64,000 nucleotides of DNA, from the NCBI GenBank assembly GCA_964252075.1, contig CAXULY010000004.1:64001-128000 (forward strand), read 5' to 3'. This DNA comes from an uncultured Deinococcaceae bacterium. GTDB lineage: Bacteria; Deinococcota; Deinococci; Deinococcales; Deinococcaceae. Made by a program: the position numbers and the translations under genes. The notes beneath the pieces are model-generated. The model did no database searches and was not told the DNA's origin. It was given only the letters and a program-made list of their open reading frames with translations. Below are positions 52,673 to 62,547 of this stretch, piece by piece; position 1 is the stretch's first letter, and every line of letters starts with the position of its first letter.

Positions 52673-54013
52673 TTACTGCGGCGCCACCGGGCCACCGCCG
52701 TCCACGAAGGTGCCGCCGTCCCGTGTGGTGATGGTCACGTGGAAGTCGTCACCCTCGGTCGCCTGAACGGTGCAGGCGGTGAGGCCCACGGGCGCGGCGG
52801 GCAGGCTGTGGGCGTACGCGTGCTCCCCGACCTTCACGCTGTTGAAGGCCGTCAGGCACAGGGGCTGCAGGGCCGCCGCCACCTCCGGCGCCTGCAGGGT
52901 GGGGTCCTCGGCCAGGAGGGTGCGCGCGAGGTTCACCACGGCGCGGCTGCGGCTCCTGCCATTGCGGACCTGTTCCTCTGGGCGCAGGTTGCGGGGGTCG
53001 TCCGGCAGGAAGTCGCCGTTGATGTACGTCCCGCCGTTCTGGGTGGTAACCGTCATGCGGAAGTCATCCTGTCCCACCACCTCCACCGTGCAGCCCGCCA
53101 GCCCGACAGGTGGCTGGGGCAGGCCGTACTGGAAGCGCTGACCGTTCACGTCAAAGCTGTCAAAGCCCGTCAGGCAGAGGGGTTGCAGGGCGGCGGCCAC
53201 GTCGGCGGCCTGCACGGTGACGCTCTCCGCCAGCGCAGCGAGGGCGGCCTTGTACGTCTGCTGGCTCCGGAAACGCCCAGTGTGCTCCTGCTCAATGTCG
53301 CTGAGGTTCTCGGGGTCGTCCAGGAGGTAGGTGCCGTTCACGCTGGTCCAGTCACCCGGTCCTGTCACCTCCACCGTCAGTTGCCCCATGGCGTCCACCG
53401 TCACGTGGCAGGACTGCACGCCGCTGCCCGCCGCGATGGCGCTGAAGCTGAAGTCATAGGGGTGCCCCAGGGCGTCCGTGCCTTTCAGGCTGAGCAGTTG
53501 ACCGTTCACCTGCAGTTCCGTGGCGCCGATCAGGCATGCCGCTTCAAGAGCGGGGGCCACCTGCGCGGCGGTCAGGTCGCTGTGCATCACCAGCAGCCCG
53601 TCCCCGGCGTAGCGGGCGGCGACGCCCTGCGCGCGCAACAGCTGCTTCTGCGTGGAGGTGGGCGCGCCGGGCACAGGCGGCGGAGTGGGGCCAGGTGCTG
53701 GCGCCGGCGTGGGTGCCGGGCTCGGGGCAGGCGCTGGACTTGGCGCTGGCGTCGGGGCCGGAGTTGGTTGAGGCTGCGGGGCAGGAGCAGGCGGTGGGAC
53801 GGGCGCGGGCGTCGGACCTGGGGACGGTGCGGGGGCCGGACTGGGCTGAGGCTGGGGTGCCGGCGCGGGCGCGGGGGTGGGATTCGCTGGGGGCGCGGGT
53901 GTGGCCGCCACGGGCACGGAGGGTGTGGGCGCGCCACACGCACCGAGGGTGAGGCCGAGCAGCAGGAGGGCGGCGCGAGGAGCGTGGTGGGGCAAGAGAC
54001 GGCGGTGGCTCAT
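52673..54013 (-). CDS. lipoprotein with Pro-rich stalk and three tandem Cys-pair repeats of about 105 aa
   Basis: Lipobox LTLGAC; PAP/PTP linker; repeats such as VAAALQPLCLT..PVGL..CTV..DDF..T.TT..GGT..NG. Confidence 0.8.
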   Translation of the reverse strand: MSHRRLLPHHAPRAALLLLGLTLGACGAPTPSVPVAATPAPPANPTPAPAPAPQPQPSPAPAPSPGPTPAPVPPPAPAPQPQPTPAPTPAPSPAPAPSPAPTPAPAPGPTPPPVPGAPTSTQKQLLRAQGVAARYAGDGLLVMHSDLTAAQVAPALEAACLIGATELQVNGQLLSLKGTDALGHPYDFSFSAIAAGSGVQSCHVTVDAMGQLTVEVTGPGDWTSVNGTYLLDDPENLSDIEQEHTGRFRSQQTYKAALAALAESVTVQAADVAAALQPLCLTGFDSFDVNGQRFQYGLPQPPVGLAGCTVEVVGQDDFRMTVTTQNGGTYINGDFLPDDPRNLRPEEQVRNGRSRSRAVVNLARTLLAEDPTLQAPEVAAALQPLCLTAFNSVKVGEHAYAHSLPAAPVGLTACTVQATEGDDFHVTITTRDGGTFVDGGGPVAPQ

Positions 54014-54067
54014 GTGACGCTCACCGTAGTGGGTTGTGCCTCTCAGGGTTCCGACAACCGCCGGGCG

Positions 54068-54994
54068 CTACTGGGTTTTGCGGCGCACCTCGAGCGTCAC
54101 GACGACCACGTCGAGGCTCCGCACGCCGTCGGGTAGGTCGAGCGCCGCGCGCACGCTGTACTTGCCGACTTGGTACGGCACCTTGGCGGTCGCTTCGCGC
54201 AGCCGCGCGAGCGTCTCGGGGCTGGACACCAGGCGCACGGAGGCGGGCTCGATGTCCGAGGCGACCACCTGCAGCGTGGCGGGCGGGGTGGGCAGCACGA
54301 CGCGCACGGTCTTGACGGGCAGTTCGCCGCTGTCGAGGCGCCGGACCGTGACGGTGCTGGGGTCCGTGCGGGCGTCCGCGACGGGCACGCCGTTCACGTT
54401 CACGGCGATGAGGCGCACCTCGCGGGAACTGCCGGGTTCGAGCGCGACGGGCGCCGTGATGACGCGGCTCACGGTGTCCACGCTGCGTTTCGCGCCGCTC
54501 ACGCGCGCGGTGTCCGGCGTGACGCTGAACCGAGGGATGGCGTTGGTGGGGAGGTCCGTGGCGGTCACGGAGACGGGCACGGTGCGCGTGGATTCGGCGT
54601 CCAGGAAGCCGCTCACGCTGGTGGGCGTGAGGCGCAGGACGCGCACGCCGTCCGGGGCGGCCACGTGGACGTCCTCCTGGAAGTTGCCCTGCGGGACGCC
54701 CGTGACGTCCACGCTGGCGCGCACGTCGTCCACCTCAATGGGCTGCACGACGGAGCGCTGGCCCTGCAGGGTGACGCGCACGCTGCGTGGGAGGCCGCTC
54801 ACGCCGCGGCGCTGCACGCCCGGCGTGCCGTCACTCACGGTGAGGGGCACGTCGAAGGTGCGTTCTAGGCTGGCGCGGCGGTCCTGGGTGGCGAGGAACC
54901 ACACGCCAGCGGCGGCGAGCACCGCCAGCGACTTCTGGGGAAGGTTGTGCAGCAGGCGGCGCCACAGGTAGTTGGGGTAACGGGCGAGTTTCAT
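54068..54994 (-). CDS. cdaR: CdaR/YbbR-like regulator of diadenylate cyclase
   Basis: N-terminal TM (KSLAVLAAAGVW) and YbbR-like beta repeats; coupled to cdaA. Confidence 0.85.
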   Translation of the reverse strand: MKLARYPNYLWRRLLHNLPQKSLAVLAAAGVWFLATQDRRASLERTFDVPLTVSDGTPGVQRRGVSGLPRSVRVTLQGQRSVVQPIEVDDVRASVDVTGVPQGNFQEDVHVAAPDGVRVLRLTPTSVSGFLDAESTRTVPVSVTATDLPTNAIPRFSVTPDTARVSGAKRSVDTVSRVITAPVALEPGSSREVRLIAVNVNGVPVADARTDPSTVTVRRLDSGELPVKTVRVVLPTPPATLQVVASDIEPASVRLVSSPETLARLREATAKVPYQVGKYSVRAALDLPDGVRSLDVVVVTLEVRRKTQ

Positions 54995-55743
54995 GCGCCT
55001 TCCTCGTACACCAGTTCGCGCAGGCGTTCGCGCAGTTCGGAGCCGGTGAGGTCGGGGCTCAGTCGGCCGGAGAGCGCGATGCGCATGCTGCCGCGCTCCT
55101 CGCTGACCACGAGGATCACGGCGTCGGTGAGTTCGGAGAGCCCGATGGCGGCGCGGTGGCGGGTGCCGTAGCGGCGGTACACGCCGTCACTGGACTGCAG
55201 GGGGAAGAGGCAGGCGGCGGCCACCACGCGGTCGCCCTGCACGATCACGCCGCCGTCGTGCAGGGGGGCGTTGCGGGCGAACAGCGCCTCCAGAAAGGGC
55301 GCGCTGAGGACCGCGTCGAGGGGCACGCCGGTGGCGGCGTACTCACCGAGGGGCGTGCGGCGCGCGATGGCGATCAGGGCGCCCACCTTGCGTTCCGCGA
55401 GGCGCTCCATGGCGCGCGCGAGTTCCTGCAGGACCGCGCCGCGCTCGCGGGAGTCGCGGACGCGCGCGCGCCCGATGCGTTCGAGGGCGGCGCGCAATTC
55501 CGGCTGGAAGACCACCACGAGCGCGAACAGGCCGATGGTGGCGATGCGGCTGAGAAGGTAATTGAGGGTGGTGAGGTCCAGGAGGCTGGAGGCCAGCCAC
55601 GCGACGGCGAAGATCAGGACGCCGCGCAGGACGTTCACGGCGCGGGTGTTGCTGACCAGCATGTACCCCTGGTAGATCAGGGTCGCCACCAGCAGGATGT
55701 CGATGATGTCTTTGGCGCCCAGTGCGCCCGCTGCCCACAACAC
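54991..55743 (-). CDS. cdaA: diadenylate cyclase CdaA
   Basis: Three TM helices, FQPELR.ALE, PLHDGG, GTRHRAA and VSEERG motifs. Confidence 0.95.
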   Translation of the reverse strand: MLWAAGALGAKDIIDILLVATLIYQGYMLVSNTRAVNVLRGVLIFAVAWLASSLLDLTTLNYLLSRIATIGLFALVVVFQPELRAALERIGRARVRDSRERGAVLQELARAMERLAERKVGALIAIARRTPLGEYAATGVPLDAVLSAPFLEALFARNAPLHDGGVIVQGDRVVAAACLFPLQSSDGVYRRYGTRHRAAIGLSELTDAVILVVSEERGSMRIALSGRLSPDLTGSELRERLRELVYEEGA

Positions 55744-55969
55744 GCCCGCTCCCCCTTCCCGTTTCGCCCAATAAATATACGGGCTGTTCGGTGCGCTGTC
55801 GCCAGACGGCCTTTATGTTCGCCAACAGCTAAATAAACCGAAGCCATTTTACTGTAAGTGAAACTCATCCTTTATATTTGCGTTTTATCAACAGCAGGAT
55901 TTAAGGTGATAGCATCTTGATGCAGTCTTTATCGCGCCCTTACCTGGCGTGTGTGATCGGAGGAGTTGC

Positions 55970-57235
55970 GTGAAGGTTCCCGTGCGCTACATCATCACCC
56001 GACCGTGTCTGTCTGAAGGCAGCCTGCGTCTGTTGAAATACCTTGAACCCACCTTCTCGCAGGACGGCCCCGTCGAGTTGCGTGACGAGCAGGGCCGCAG
56101 CTACACCGCGCGTGTGGAGCGCGCGGCCGGACGGGTGTGGGGTCTGCGCGACCTCTACCACGATCACCACCTGGGCGTGAACGACGTGTTGGTGCTGCAG
56201 GAACTGGAGGCCGGGCGCTTCCAGGTGGACTGCGTGGTGAAGCCCGCCCCGAGCCGGAACACCACCACGACGCAGCGCCTCCCGGACCCGCCGCGCCGCG
56301 TCGTGGTGAACCAGAGCGCGTACGTGCGCGAGGTGCGCATGGAGCGCCCCGGTGCGGCCCCCGTGGGCGGCGCGCCCGCCCCCAGCACCCCGGAGCCCGA
56401 GACGGCGTCGCCCGCCCCCGCCGCCACCGTGACGGAGCGGGCGCCGCTGGCGACGCCCACCGCCCCGAGCAGCACGCCCGCAGCGCCCGTCGTGGTGGCG
56501 CGCGCGCCGCAGGTGCAGGTCGCGGCCCGTCCAAGCGCGGCGGTCAGCGCGCCCGAGCGTCCCAATGTGGCGCCCTTGGAAACGCCGGAGGGTCAGCTGC
56601 GTGAACTCGCGCAGCTGACCGGCTATCAGGCCGAGCGGCTCGCGCCGGGCGTGCTGCGCCTGCGGGCGAACCTCGGCGCGCATGGGTACAGCGTGCTGCT
56701 GGCCCTCGCGGAGGAAGCCACGCAGGGCCCCGCGTGGCGTGAGCCCTGCGATTATCAGGTGCTGCTGACCACCGAGGCCGAGCGCCCGCAGGGTGTGCCG
56801 CGCCTCACGCGTGAGGCCCTCTCGGCGCTGATTGAGCACGCACGCCTCACGCCCCTCTCCCCCATCGAGCTGCGCGGGTACTGGAACACCGGCAGCTTCG
56901 ATCTGGAGAGCGTCTCGAGCCTCGCGGAACTGGTGAGCGCGCAGTTGCAGCAGCGCGGCACGCTGTCGTTCGTGCTGATGACGCTCGGTCAGCAGCCCGC
57001 GCACAGCGTGGTGAGCCTGCCGCGCCTCGCAGAGCGCCTCGGCAGCGGCGTGAATGCCGCCGAGCTGCGCTCCATCCTGGACGGCCTGTGCCGCCCCCCG
57101 CTGGGCCTGCTGACCCCGCTGTCCAGCAACCAGTACTACCTGCGCAGCGACATGGACAGCGCCCTGCGCGAACTCTCGGAGTACGCCGAGGGCCTGCGCC
57201 GCCGACTGACGGCCCGCGCCAGCGCTGCCGACTGA
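55970..57235 (+). CDS. hypothetical protein (N-terminal beta domain, Pro/Ala linker, C-terminal helical domain)
   Basis: GTG start with GGAGGAG RBS; coding codon bias. Confidence 0.8.
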   Translation: MKVPVRYIITRPCLSEGSLRLLKYLEPTFSQDGPVELRDEQGRSYTARVERAAGRVWGLRDLYHDHHLGVNDVLVLQELEAGRFQVDCVVKPAPSRNTTTTQRLPDPPRRVVVNQSAYVREVRMERPGAAPVGGAPAPSTPEPETASPAPAATVTERAPLATPTAPSSTPAAPVVVARAPQVQVAARPSAAVSAPERPNVAPLETPEGQLRELAQLTGYQAERLAPGVLRLRANLGAHGYSVLLALAEEATQGPAWREPCDYQVLLTTEAERPQGVPRLTREALSALIEHARLTPLSPIELRGYWNTGSFDLESVSSLAELVSAQLQQRGTLSFVLMTLGQQPAHSVVSLPRLAERLGSGVNAAELRSILDGLCRPPLGLLTPLSSNQYYLRSDMDSALRELSEYAEGLRRRLTARASAAD

Positions 57236-57248
57236 CATCCGGACGTGA

Positions 57249-57278
57249 GGGGTGGGCGCCCGTGCGGGCGCCCACCCC
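57249..57278. terminator. hairpin between convergent genes
   Basis: GGGGTGGGCGCCCG-TG-CGGGCGCCCACCCC. Confidence 0.7.
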
Positions 57279-57281
57279 CAG

Positions 57282-58466
57282 TCACAGCAGGGCCCAGCCG
57301 ACCGCTGCGCTGAGCAGCACCACCAGCCAGGCGGGCCAGCGCGCGTGCTCCAGCAGCGCGAAGGCCGCCAGGACCAGCGCAAAATCCCGCGCGGACGCCA
57401 CCGCGCCCGTGAACACCGGGGTGTACAGCGCCGCGAGCAGCAGGCCCACGACGCCCGCGTTCACGCCCGCGAGCGCCGCGCGCACCGCAGGCCGCCGCCG
57501 CAGGTCGTGCCAGAACGGCAGCGCGCCCGCCACCAGCAGGTAGGCGGGCAGGAACACCGCCACCAACGCCACGACCGCGCCCACCACCGGATTCAGCCCG
57601 ACGCGCGCGAGGGCGCCCAGATAGGCGCTGAAGGTGAAGAGGGGGCCCGGCACCGCCTGCGCCGCGCCGTACCCGGCCAGGAAGGCGTCGTGGCTCACCC
57701 AGCCGGGCGGCACCACCTCGCGTTCCAGCAACGGCAGCACCACGTGCCCACCCCCGAAGACCAGCGCGCCGGAGCGGTAGAAGCTGTCGGCGAGCGCCAG
57801 CACCGGGCCGCCCAGCGTGGCGCGCAGCAGCGGCAGCGCCAGCAGCAGCAGCAGGAACAGCGCCAGCAGCGAGAGCGCCACCCGGCGCGAGCCCAAGGGC
57901 GGTGACGCCTCGTCCGTGAGGGGCGCACTGGTGCGCAGCCAGCGCCAGCCCACCCCGCCACTCACCGCGATCACCGCGACCTGCGCGAGGTTCCCGGGCA
58001 GCAGCAGCGCCGCCACCGCGGAGGCGAGGGCCAGCGCCGCGCGGCCGCGGTCGGGGGTGAGGTGGCGCGCCATGCCCAGCACCGCCTGCGCCACCACCGC
58101 GACCGCCACGAGCTTCAGGCCCCGCAGCCAGCCCGGGTCCCCGAGCGCGCCGAGCCGTCCGACGCCCAGCGCGAACAGCACGAGGAGCGCGGCGCTGGGC
58201 AAGGTGAAGCCCAGCCACGCCGCCAGCGCGCCCCACGGCCCGGCGCGCAGGGTGCCGAGCGCCATGCCGACCTGCGAGGACGCCGGACCCGGCAGGAACT
58301 GACACAGGGCCACGAGGTCCGCGTAGGCCTCCTCGCTCAGCCACGCGCGGCGCAGCACGAACTCCGTGCGGAAGTACCCCAGGTGCGCGACCGGCCCCCC
58401 GAAGCTCGTGAGGCCCAGCCGCAGGAAGACCACGAACACCTCCGCGAGCGCTGGCACGCCCGCCAC
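57282..58466 (-). CDS. chrA: chromate efflux transporter (CHR family)
   Basis: SFGGPVAH, LCQFLPGP, VFGGGHVV and AQAVPGP motifs. Confidence 0.93.
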   Translation of the reverse strand: MAGVPALAEVFVVFLRLGLTSFGGPVAHLGYFRTEFVLRRAWLSEEAYADLVALCQFLPGPASSQVGMALGTLRAGPWGALAAWLGFTLPSAALLVLFALGVGRLGALGDPGWLRGLKLVAVAVVAQAVLGMARHLTPDRGRAALALASAVAALLLPGNLAQVAVIAVSGGVGWRWLRTSAPLTDEASPPLGSRRVALSLLALFLLLLLALPLLRATLGGPVLALADSFYRSGALVFGGGHVVLPLLEREVVPPGWVSHDAFLAGYGAAQAVPGPLFTFSAYLGALARVGLNPVVGAVVALVAVFLPAYLLVAGALPFWHDLRRRPAVRAALAGVNAGVVGLLLAALYTPVFTGAVASARDFALVLAAFALLEHARWPAWLVVLLSAAVGWALL

Positions 58467-58487
58467 GGTAACAGGTGCAGGGCGCGC

Positions 58488-58907
58488 TCAGGTCACGCGG
58501 ATGACGCGCCGCCCCTGCGGCACGTGCTCCAGCTGCAGGCGCCACGCGCCGGGGAAGTCGTCGTAGTAGAGCGCGCCCCACTCGATCACGCTCAGGCGGC
58601 TTCCCGTCACGAGGTCCTCAAGGTCCATGTCGAGCAGTTCGGCGGCGTGACGCACCCGGTACGCGTCCACATGCAGGACCCGCCCGGCGGGCGTGGGGTA
58701 CTCCTGCATGAGCGCGTAGGTGGGGCTGGTGACGGCGCCCGTGAACCCCAGCGCCGCCACGAGGCCCTGCGTGAGGGTGGTTTTGCCCGCCCCCAGCTCA
58801 CCGTCGAGGAACAGCACGCTGCCGCTCGGCAGGAGCGGCGCGAGCGCCGCCCCAAACGCGCGCTGCTCCGCCTCCCCCGCGAGCAGGCGCGACTCGCCGG
58901 GCTTCAC
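58488..58907 (-). CDS. tsaE: tRNA t6A biosynthesis ATPase TsaE
   Basis: GELGAGKTT, VTSPTY, HVDAYR and IEW motifs; GTGA overlap with the upstream gene. Confidence 0.93.
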   Translation of the reverse strand: MKPGESRLLAGEAEQRAFGAALAPLLPSGSVLFLDGELGAGKTTLTQGLVAALGFTGAVTSPTYALMQEYPTPAGRVLHVDAYRVRHAAELLDMDLEDLVTGSRLSVIEWGALYYDDFPGAWRLQLEHVPQGRRVIRVT

Positions 58908-60874
58908 GGCAGCAGGGCGCGCAGTTCCGGGGCCTCGGCCAGCAGGCGACCGCGCCACTCCGGCAGCGCCTCAGGGACCGTTTCCAGCAGCAGCGCGCTG
59001 CCACCCAGACGCAGCGCCAGCCACGCCGCGCCCGCGCCCTCGACACTCAGCAGTTCCGTGTCGCTGCCTGCGGCGGTCAGCAGGTCCGTCAGGCGGGCGG
59101 CGTGCGCCTCCGGCGGCCCGTACAGCGCCTCACCGCCCCGCAGCAGCCAGATGCGCGCGTGTTCCCCCGCCGCCAGGGCGTCCAGCGCCGCGCGCAGGTC
59201 CCCGGCGGGCAGGCCGGAGGGTGTGTCCTCGGGGGCGGGCGCCAGCAGCGGCAGGTCCTCGTCCCCGAATACGTCCAGCAGACCCGCCAGGGCGTCCACC
59301 CCGAAGGCCGAGGTGACCTCGCGGGCCGCCTCGAACTCCGCGCGCGCCTCGTCCAGCAGCGCCTCGGCCTGCTCCAGGGTCTGCCCGTACTTCTCGCGGG
59401 CGTCGCTGGACAGCGCGCCCAGGCGCCGCTGGGCGCGCAGGGTGTCCGCGAGCCGCCCGAGGCGCTGGATGGTCTCGCCCGCCAGGTGGCGGTACACGTC
59501 GTAATCGGTGATGACCTTGTCGGCGCGGGCGTCCAGGCCCTCGCGCTGCTGCGCGGCCTGCGCCATGCGCCGCTCCAGCACCGCCCACAGGGGCGCGAGG
59601 TCCGGCAGCTGCCCGGCCGCGAGCGCGTCGCGCGCGGCCTGCAAGGGCGCGGCGAGTTCCTCGAGGGCGCCGGGCAGGTCGCGGGCCGCGCGTTCCAGCT
59701 CGAAGGTCTCGTGCTGCAGCGCCAGCAGCTTCGCGGCGCTCCCGGCGTCCTGCTGCTCCAGCGTGGCGATCGTGGCGGACAGCTCGCTGAGCGCCTCCGT
59801 GATGAGCGCGCCGCCCTCCAGGGTGCCGCGCGCCACGCGCAGCGCGAGGCCCGTCGCTTCCGGCGCCGCCGCGCCCAGCACATCCAGGCGGGCCTGCAGG
59901 GCGTCCAGTTCCAGGCCCTGCGCGCGCAGGGCCTCCTCGCGCGTGCCCGCGAGGATCTCCCGCAGCCCCACGATGCCTTCGGCGACCAGTTCGCCGCCCT
60001 CGAAGCGGGCGCGCAGGGCCTGCACCTGCTCGCGCAGGTCCGGGCGGAGGCGCGTCACATCGTCGTACTGCCGGGCGAGGTCGGCAAGTTCCCGCGCCTG
60101 CGACTCGCGCTCGGCGCCCGTGAGGCGCTCGCGGGCGTCCTGCGGCAGCAGGTTCAGGTCCACCAGCACGGGCGCGTCCTCGGCCGGGGTAAGCTCACCG
60201 TGGCTGGTGCGCGTGATGACGGAGGACTCCACCAGTTTGCGCAGGTCCAGCGTCAGCTTGCGGGCGCGTTCCACCTCGCCGGGCAGCAGGGTGCCCTGCG
60301 TCTGCGCCTCCTCAACCTGCCGCAGCAGGCTCTCCAGGCGCCTCACCTTCGGCCCCCCCACCGCGGAGAAGCGGTTCAGGTCGGCTTTCAGTTCGGCGAG
60401 GTCGGACGCCTGACCCACCAGGCCTTCCTGCAGGCGGCGGTCCAGCGCCCCCACGAGGTCCAGGCCCTCCTGCAGCAGCTGCACGGGGCGGCGGTTCTGT
60501 TCCAGCTCGCCGCGCACCACCGTGATGAGCGCGCGCAGGCGCTGCGATTCCGGCCAGTCGAAGTACAGCGCGAAGCGCCGCACCGACGCCTCCAGGCTGT
60601 CGAGGGTGGCGCGGTCCTCCAGGCCACCCTCGTTCACGGCGGGCTCGCTCGTCAGGGCGTCCAGCACCTCCTGCACGCGCCGCTTCGCGAGCGGCGCGGG
60701 GACGCTCAGCTGCAGGCGCCGGAAGACCTCCCGCTTGAGGATCTCCTCGATCTGGTCGCGGTTCAGTCCCTCCAGGTCGGTGTGGCGGCTGCGCGCGCCG
60801 TCGGTGAACAGCCGCTCCAGGGCCTTGGTAGACATCAGGTCACCGAGGAGACGCAGTGGCACGCGGTACAGCAC
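58904..60874 (-). CDS. long coiled-coil hypothetical protein with a possible C-terminal roadblock-like alpha/beta domain
   Basis: Helical heptad-rich body; C-terminal ARIWLL..LLSVE..WLALRL..LLLE pattern. Confidence 0.75.
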   Translation of the reverse strand: MLYRVPLRLLGDLMSTKALERLFTDGARSRHTDLEGLNRDQIEEILKREVFRRLQLSVPAPLAKRRVQEVLDALTSEPAVNEGGLEDRATLDSLEASVRRFALYFDWPESQRLRALITVVRGELEQNRRPVQLLQEGLDLVGALDRRLQEGLVGQASDLAELKADLNRFSAVGGPKVRRLESLLRQVEEAQTQGTLLPGEVERARKLTLDLRKLVESSVITRTSHGELTPAEDAPVLVDLNLLPQDARERLTGAERESQARELADLARQYDDVTRLRPDLREQVQALRARFEGGELVAEGIVGLREILAGTREEALRAQGLELDALQARLDVLGAAAPEATGLALRVARGTLEGGALITEALSELSATIATLEQQDAGSAAKLLALQHETFELERAARDLPGALEELAAPLQAARDALAAGQLPDLAPLWAVLERRMAQAAQQREGLDARADKVITDYDVYRHLAGETIQRLGRLADTLRAQRRLGALSSDAREKYGQTLEQAEALLDEARAEFEAAREVTSAFGVDALAGLLDVFGDEDLPLLAPAPEDTPSGLPAGDLRAALDALAAGEHARIWLLRGGEALYGPPEAHAARLTDLLTAAGSDTELLSVEGAGAAWLALRLGGSALLLETVPEALPEWRGRLLAEAPELRALLP

Positions 60875-60981
60875 GTCAGGCCCTCCTGGAGCGCGTGGTG
60901 GGGGCGGGGCGGATCACGGCTGCCACTCTACCCCATGCAGGCGCCCGCCAGCGCCGGAAAAACGCACGTCACGCACGGACC

Positions 60982-62547
60982 TCAGACCTCCTCATCCCAC
61001 TCGACCGTGGAGCTCGCGACGGCCGGAGCGGGGCGGGGGCTGGAGGCCGGGGTGCTGCCGCGCAGCAGCCCGAACTGCACGCACAACCCGCGGAAGCCGT
61101 AAATGCTCAGACCCACCGCGAGCGCGACGCTCAGCGCCCACAGGGACCCCGCCAGCGGCGACTGCAGCAGGCTGAGGTTCGCGAGCGCCCCGAACCCCGT
61201 CATGGCGCCCACCCACGCGCCCAGGCTGGCGAGGCCCTCCAGCATGGCGGGCAGCAGCAGCAGCGTGAACGCCACGCCGATCGCGCGCCAGTACGGGTTG
61301 CGGCCCCCGAACGCGAGGTTCAGCAGGTACAGCGGAACGAAGGCCAGCAGGGCCAGCAGCACCCACACCACGCCGGACAGCCAGCCGCCCCACACCTGCT
61401 GCGCGCCGGCCGCCGCGCGGTCCAGCGCGCTCTCGGGGCGGCTGGCGGCCTGCGCGCGCAGGTTCTGCCACGCGCCAAGCTGCGCGCGCACGTCCGCCGG
61501 ACGCACGAACGGCAGGTTCGCGGCGGCGCGCAGGCCGTCCGCGAAGCGCGAGAAGCCCGGCGCGCGCTGCAGCTCCGCCGGCATGCCGCCCAGCGACAGC
61601 ACCGCGTCCTGCAGGCCAGCCTGCGCGCCGCGCACGTCGCCGTGCCCGGCGGCGCCGAGGGCCGCGAGCAGCGCCTCACCCGTCGCGGTCCCGGCGGCGC
61701 CCGCCGGGGCGCGCGGGGTGACGGCCGGACTGGGGGTGGCGGGCCGCGCGGTCGGCGTGGGCGTCGGCGCGCCCACGGTGGGGAGCGCCGCGCCGCGCCG
61801 CGCCGCCACGACCGCCTGACTGGCGGCGGCCTCGAAGCGGCTCGCGCGGGCCAGCAGCTGACTGCGCGAGCGGGCGTACGCGGCCCCCTGGCGCTGCGTG
61901 ATCCGCGCGAGCGCGCCGGAGAAGTCCTCCACGCGCAGGCCAGCGGCGCGCGGCGAGTCCTGCACCGTCGTGAACCAGCTGAGCGCGCGCGCGGTGCCCA
62001 GGTACGCGCTGCTGGGCCGCGCGGGATCGGCGTCCTCCAGGGACTGACTGACCTTCGTGGCGGCGGCGCGCTCCAGCAGGGCCGTCACCACGTCCGGCCG
62101 GCCCCCCTGCGCGGCCTGCAGCAGCTCGCTGCGGTCCGCGGCGCTCAGGCCGAACTCCTGCCCGAGCAGCGTGAGGCCCGCCGGGGTGGCGTGCGGCAGG
62201 TCCGAGAGCAGCTGCTCGTACAGGGCGCGGCGCAGCAGGCCGCGCACCTGCGCCACCTGCGCTTCCAAGTCCGCCTGCGAGCGCCCCACCGCGATGCGGG
62301 CGTTCTTGATGGCGACGCGCGTGCCGTCCAGCACCACACTGCCCGTCAGGGAGCCGGACAGCTGCTCGAAGGCCGTGGTGGCCTGATCCACGTCCGCGAG
62401 GCTCTTCACGGCGCTGAGCGGACGGTCCCGGACCGCCTGATCCAGCGCGCCGGTGGTGGCGCGGTAGGCGTCGAGGTTCTGCGCGCCCGCCCCACCGAGC
62501 GCGAGGCTGACCGCCAGCAGCAGGGCGGCGCGGCGGGCACGCCTCAC
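60982..62547 (-). CDS. exported helical-domain protein with three C-terminal TM helices (hypothetical)
   Basis: Signal peptide ..AGA, helical domain, TM segments, acidic tail VEWDEEV; GTGA coupling to the upstream gene. Confidence 0.75.
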   Translation of the reverse strand: MRRARRAALLLAVSLALGGAGAQNLDAYRATTGALDQAVRDRPLSAVKSLADVDQATTAFEQLSGSLTGSVVLDGTRVAIKNARIAVGRSQADLEAQVAQVRGLLRRALYEQLLSDLPHATPAGLTLLGQEFGLSAADRSELLQAAQGGRPDVVTALLERAAATKVSQSLEDADPARPSSAYLGTARALSWFTTVQDSPRAAGLRVEDFSGALARITQRQGAAYARSRSQLLARASRFEAAASQAVVAARRGAALPTVGAPTPTPTARPATPSPAVTPRAPAGAAGTATGEALLAALGAAGHGDVRGAQAGLQDAVLSLGGMPAELQRAPGFSRFADGLRAAANLPFVRPADVRAQLGAWQNLRAQAASRPESALDRAAAGAQQVWGGWLSGVVWVLLALLAFVPLYLLNLAFGGRNPYWRAIGVAFTLLLLPAMLEGLASLGAWVGAMTGFGALANLSLLQSPLAGSLWALSVALAVGLSIYGFRGLCVQFGLLRGSTPASSPRPAPAVASSTVEWDEEV

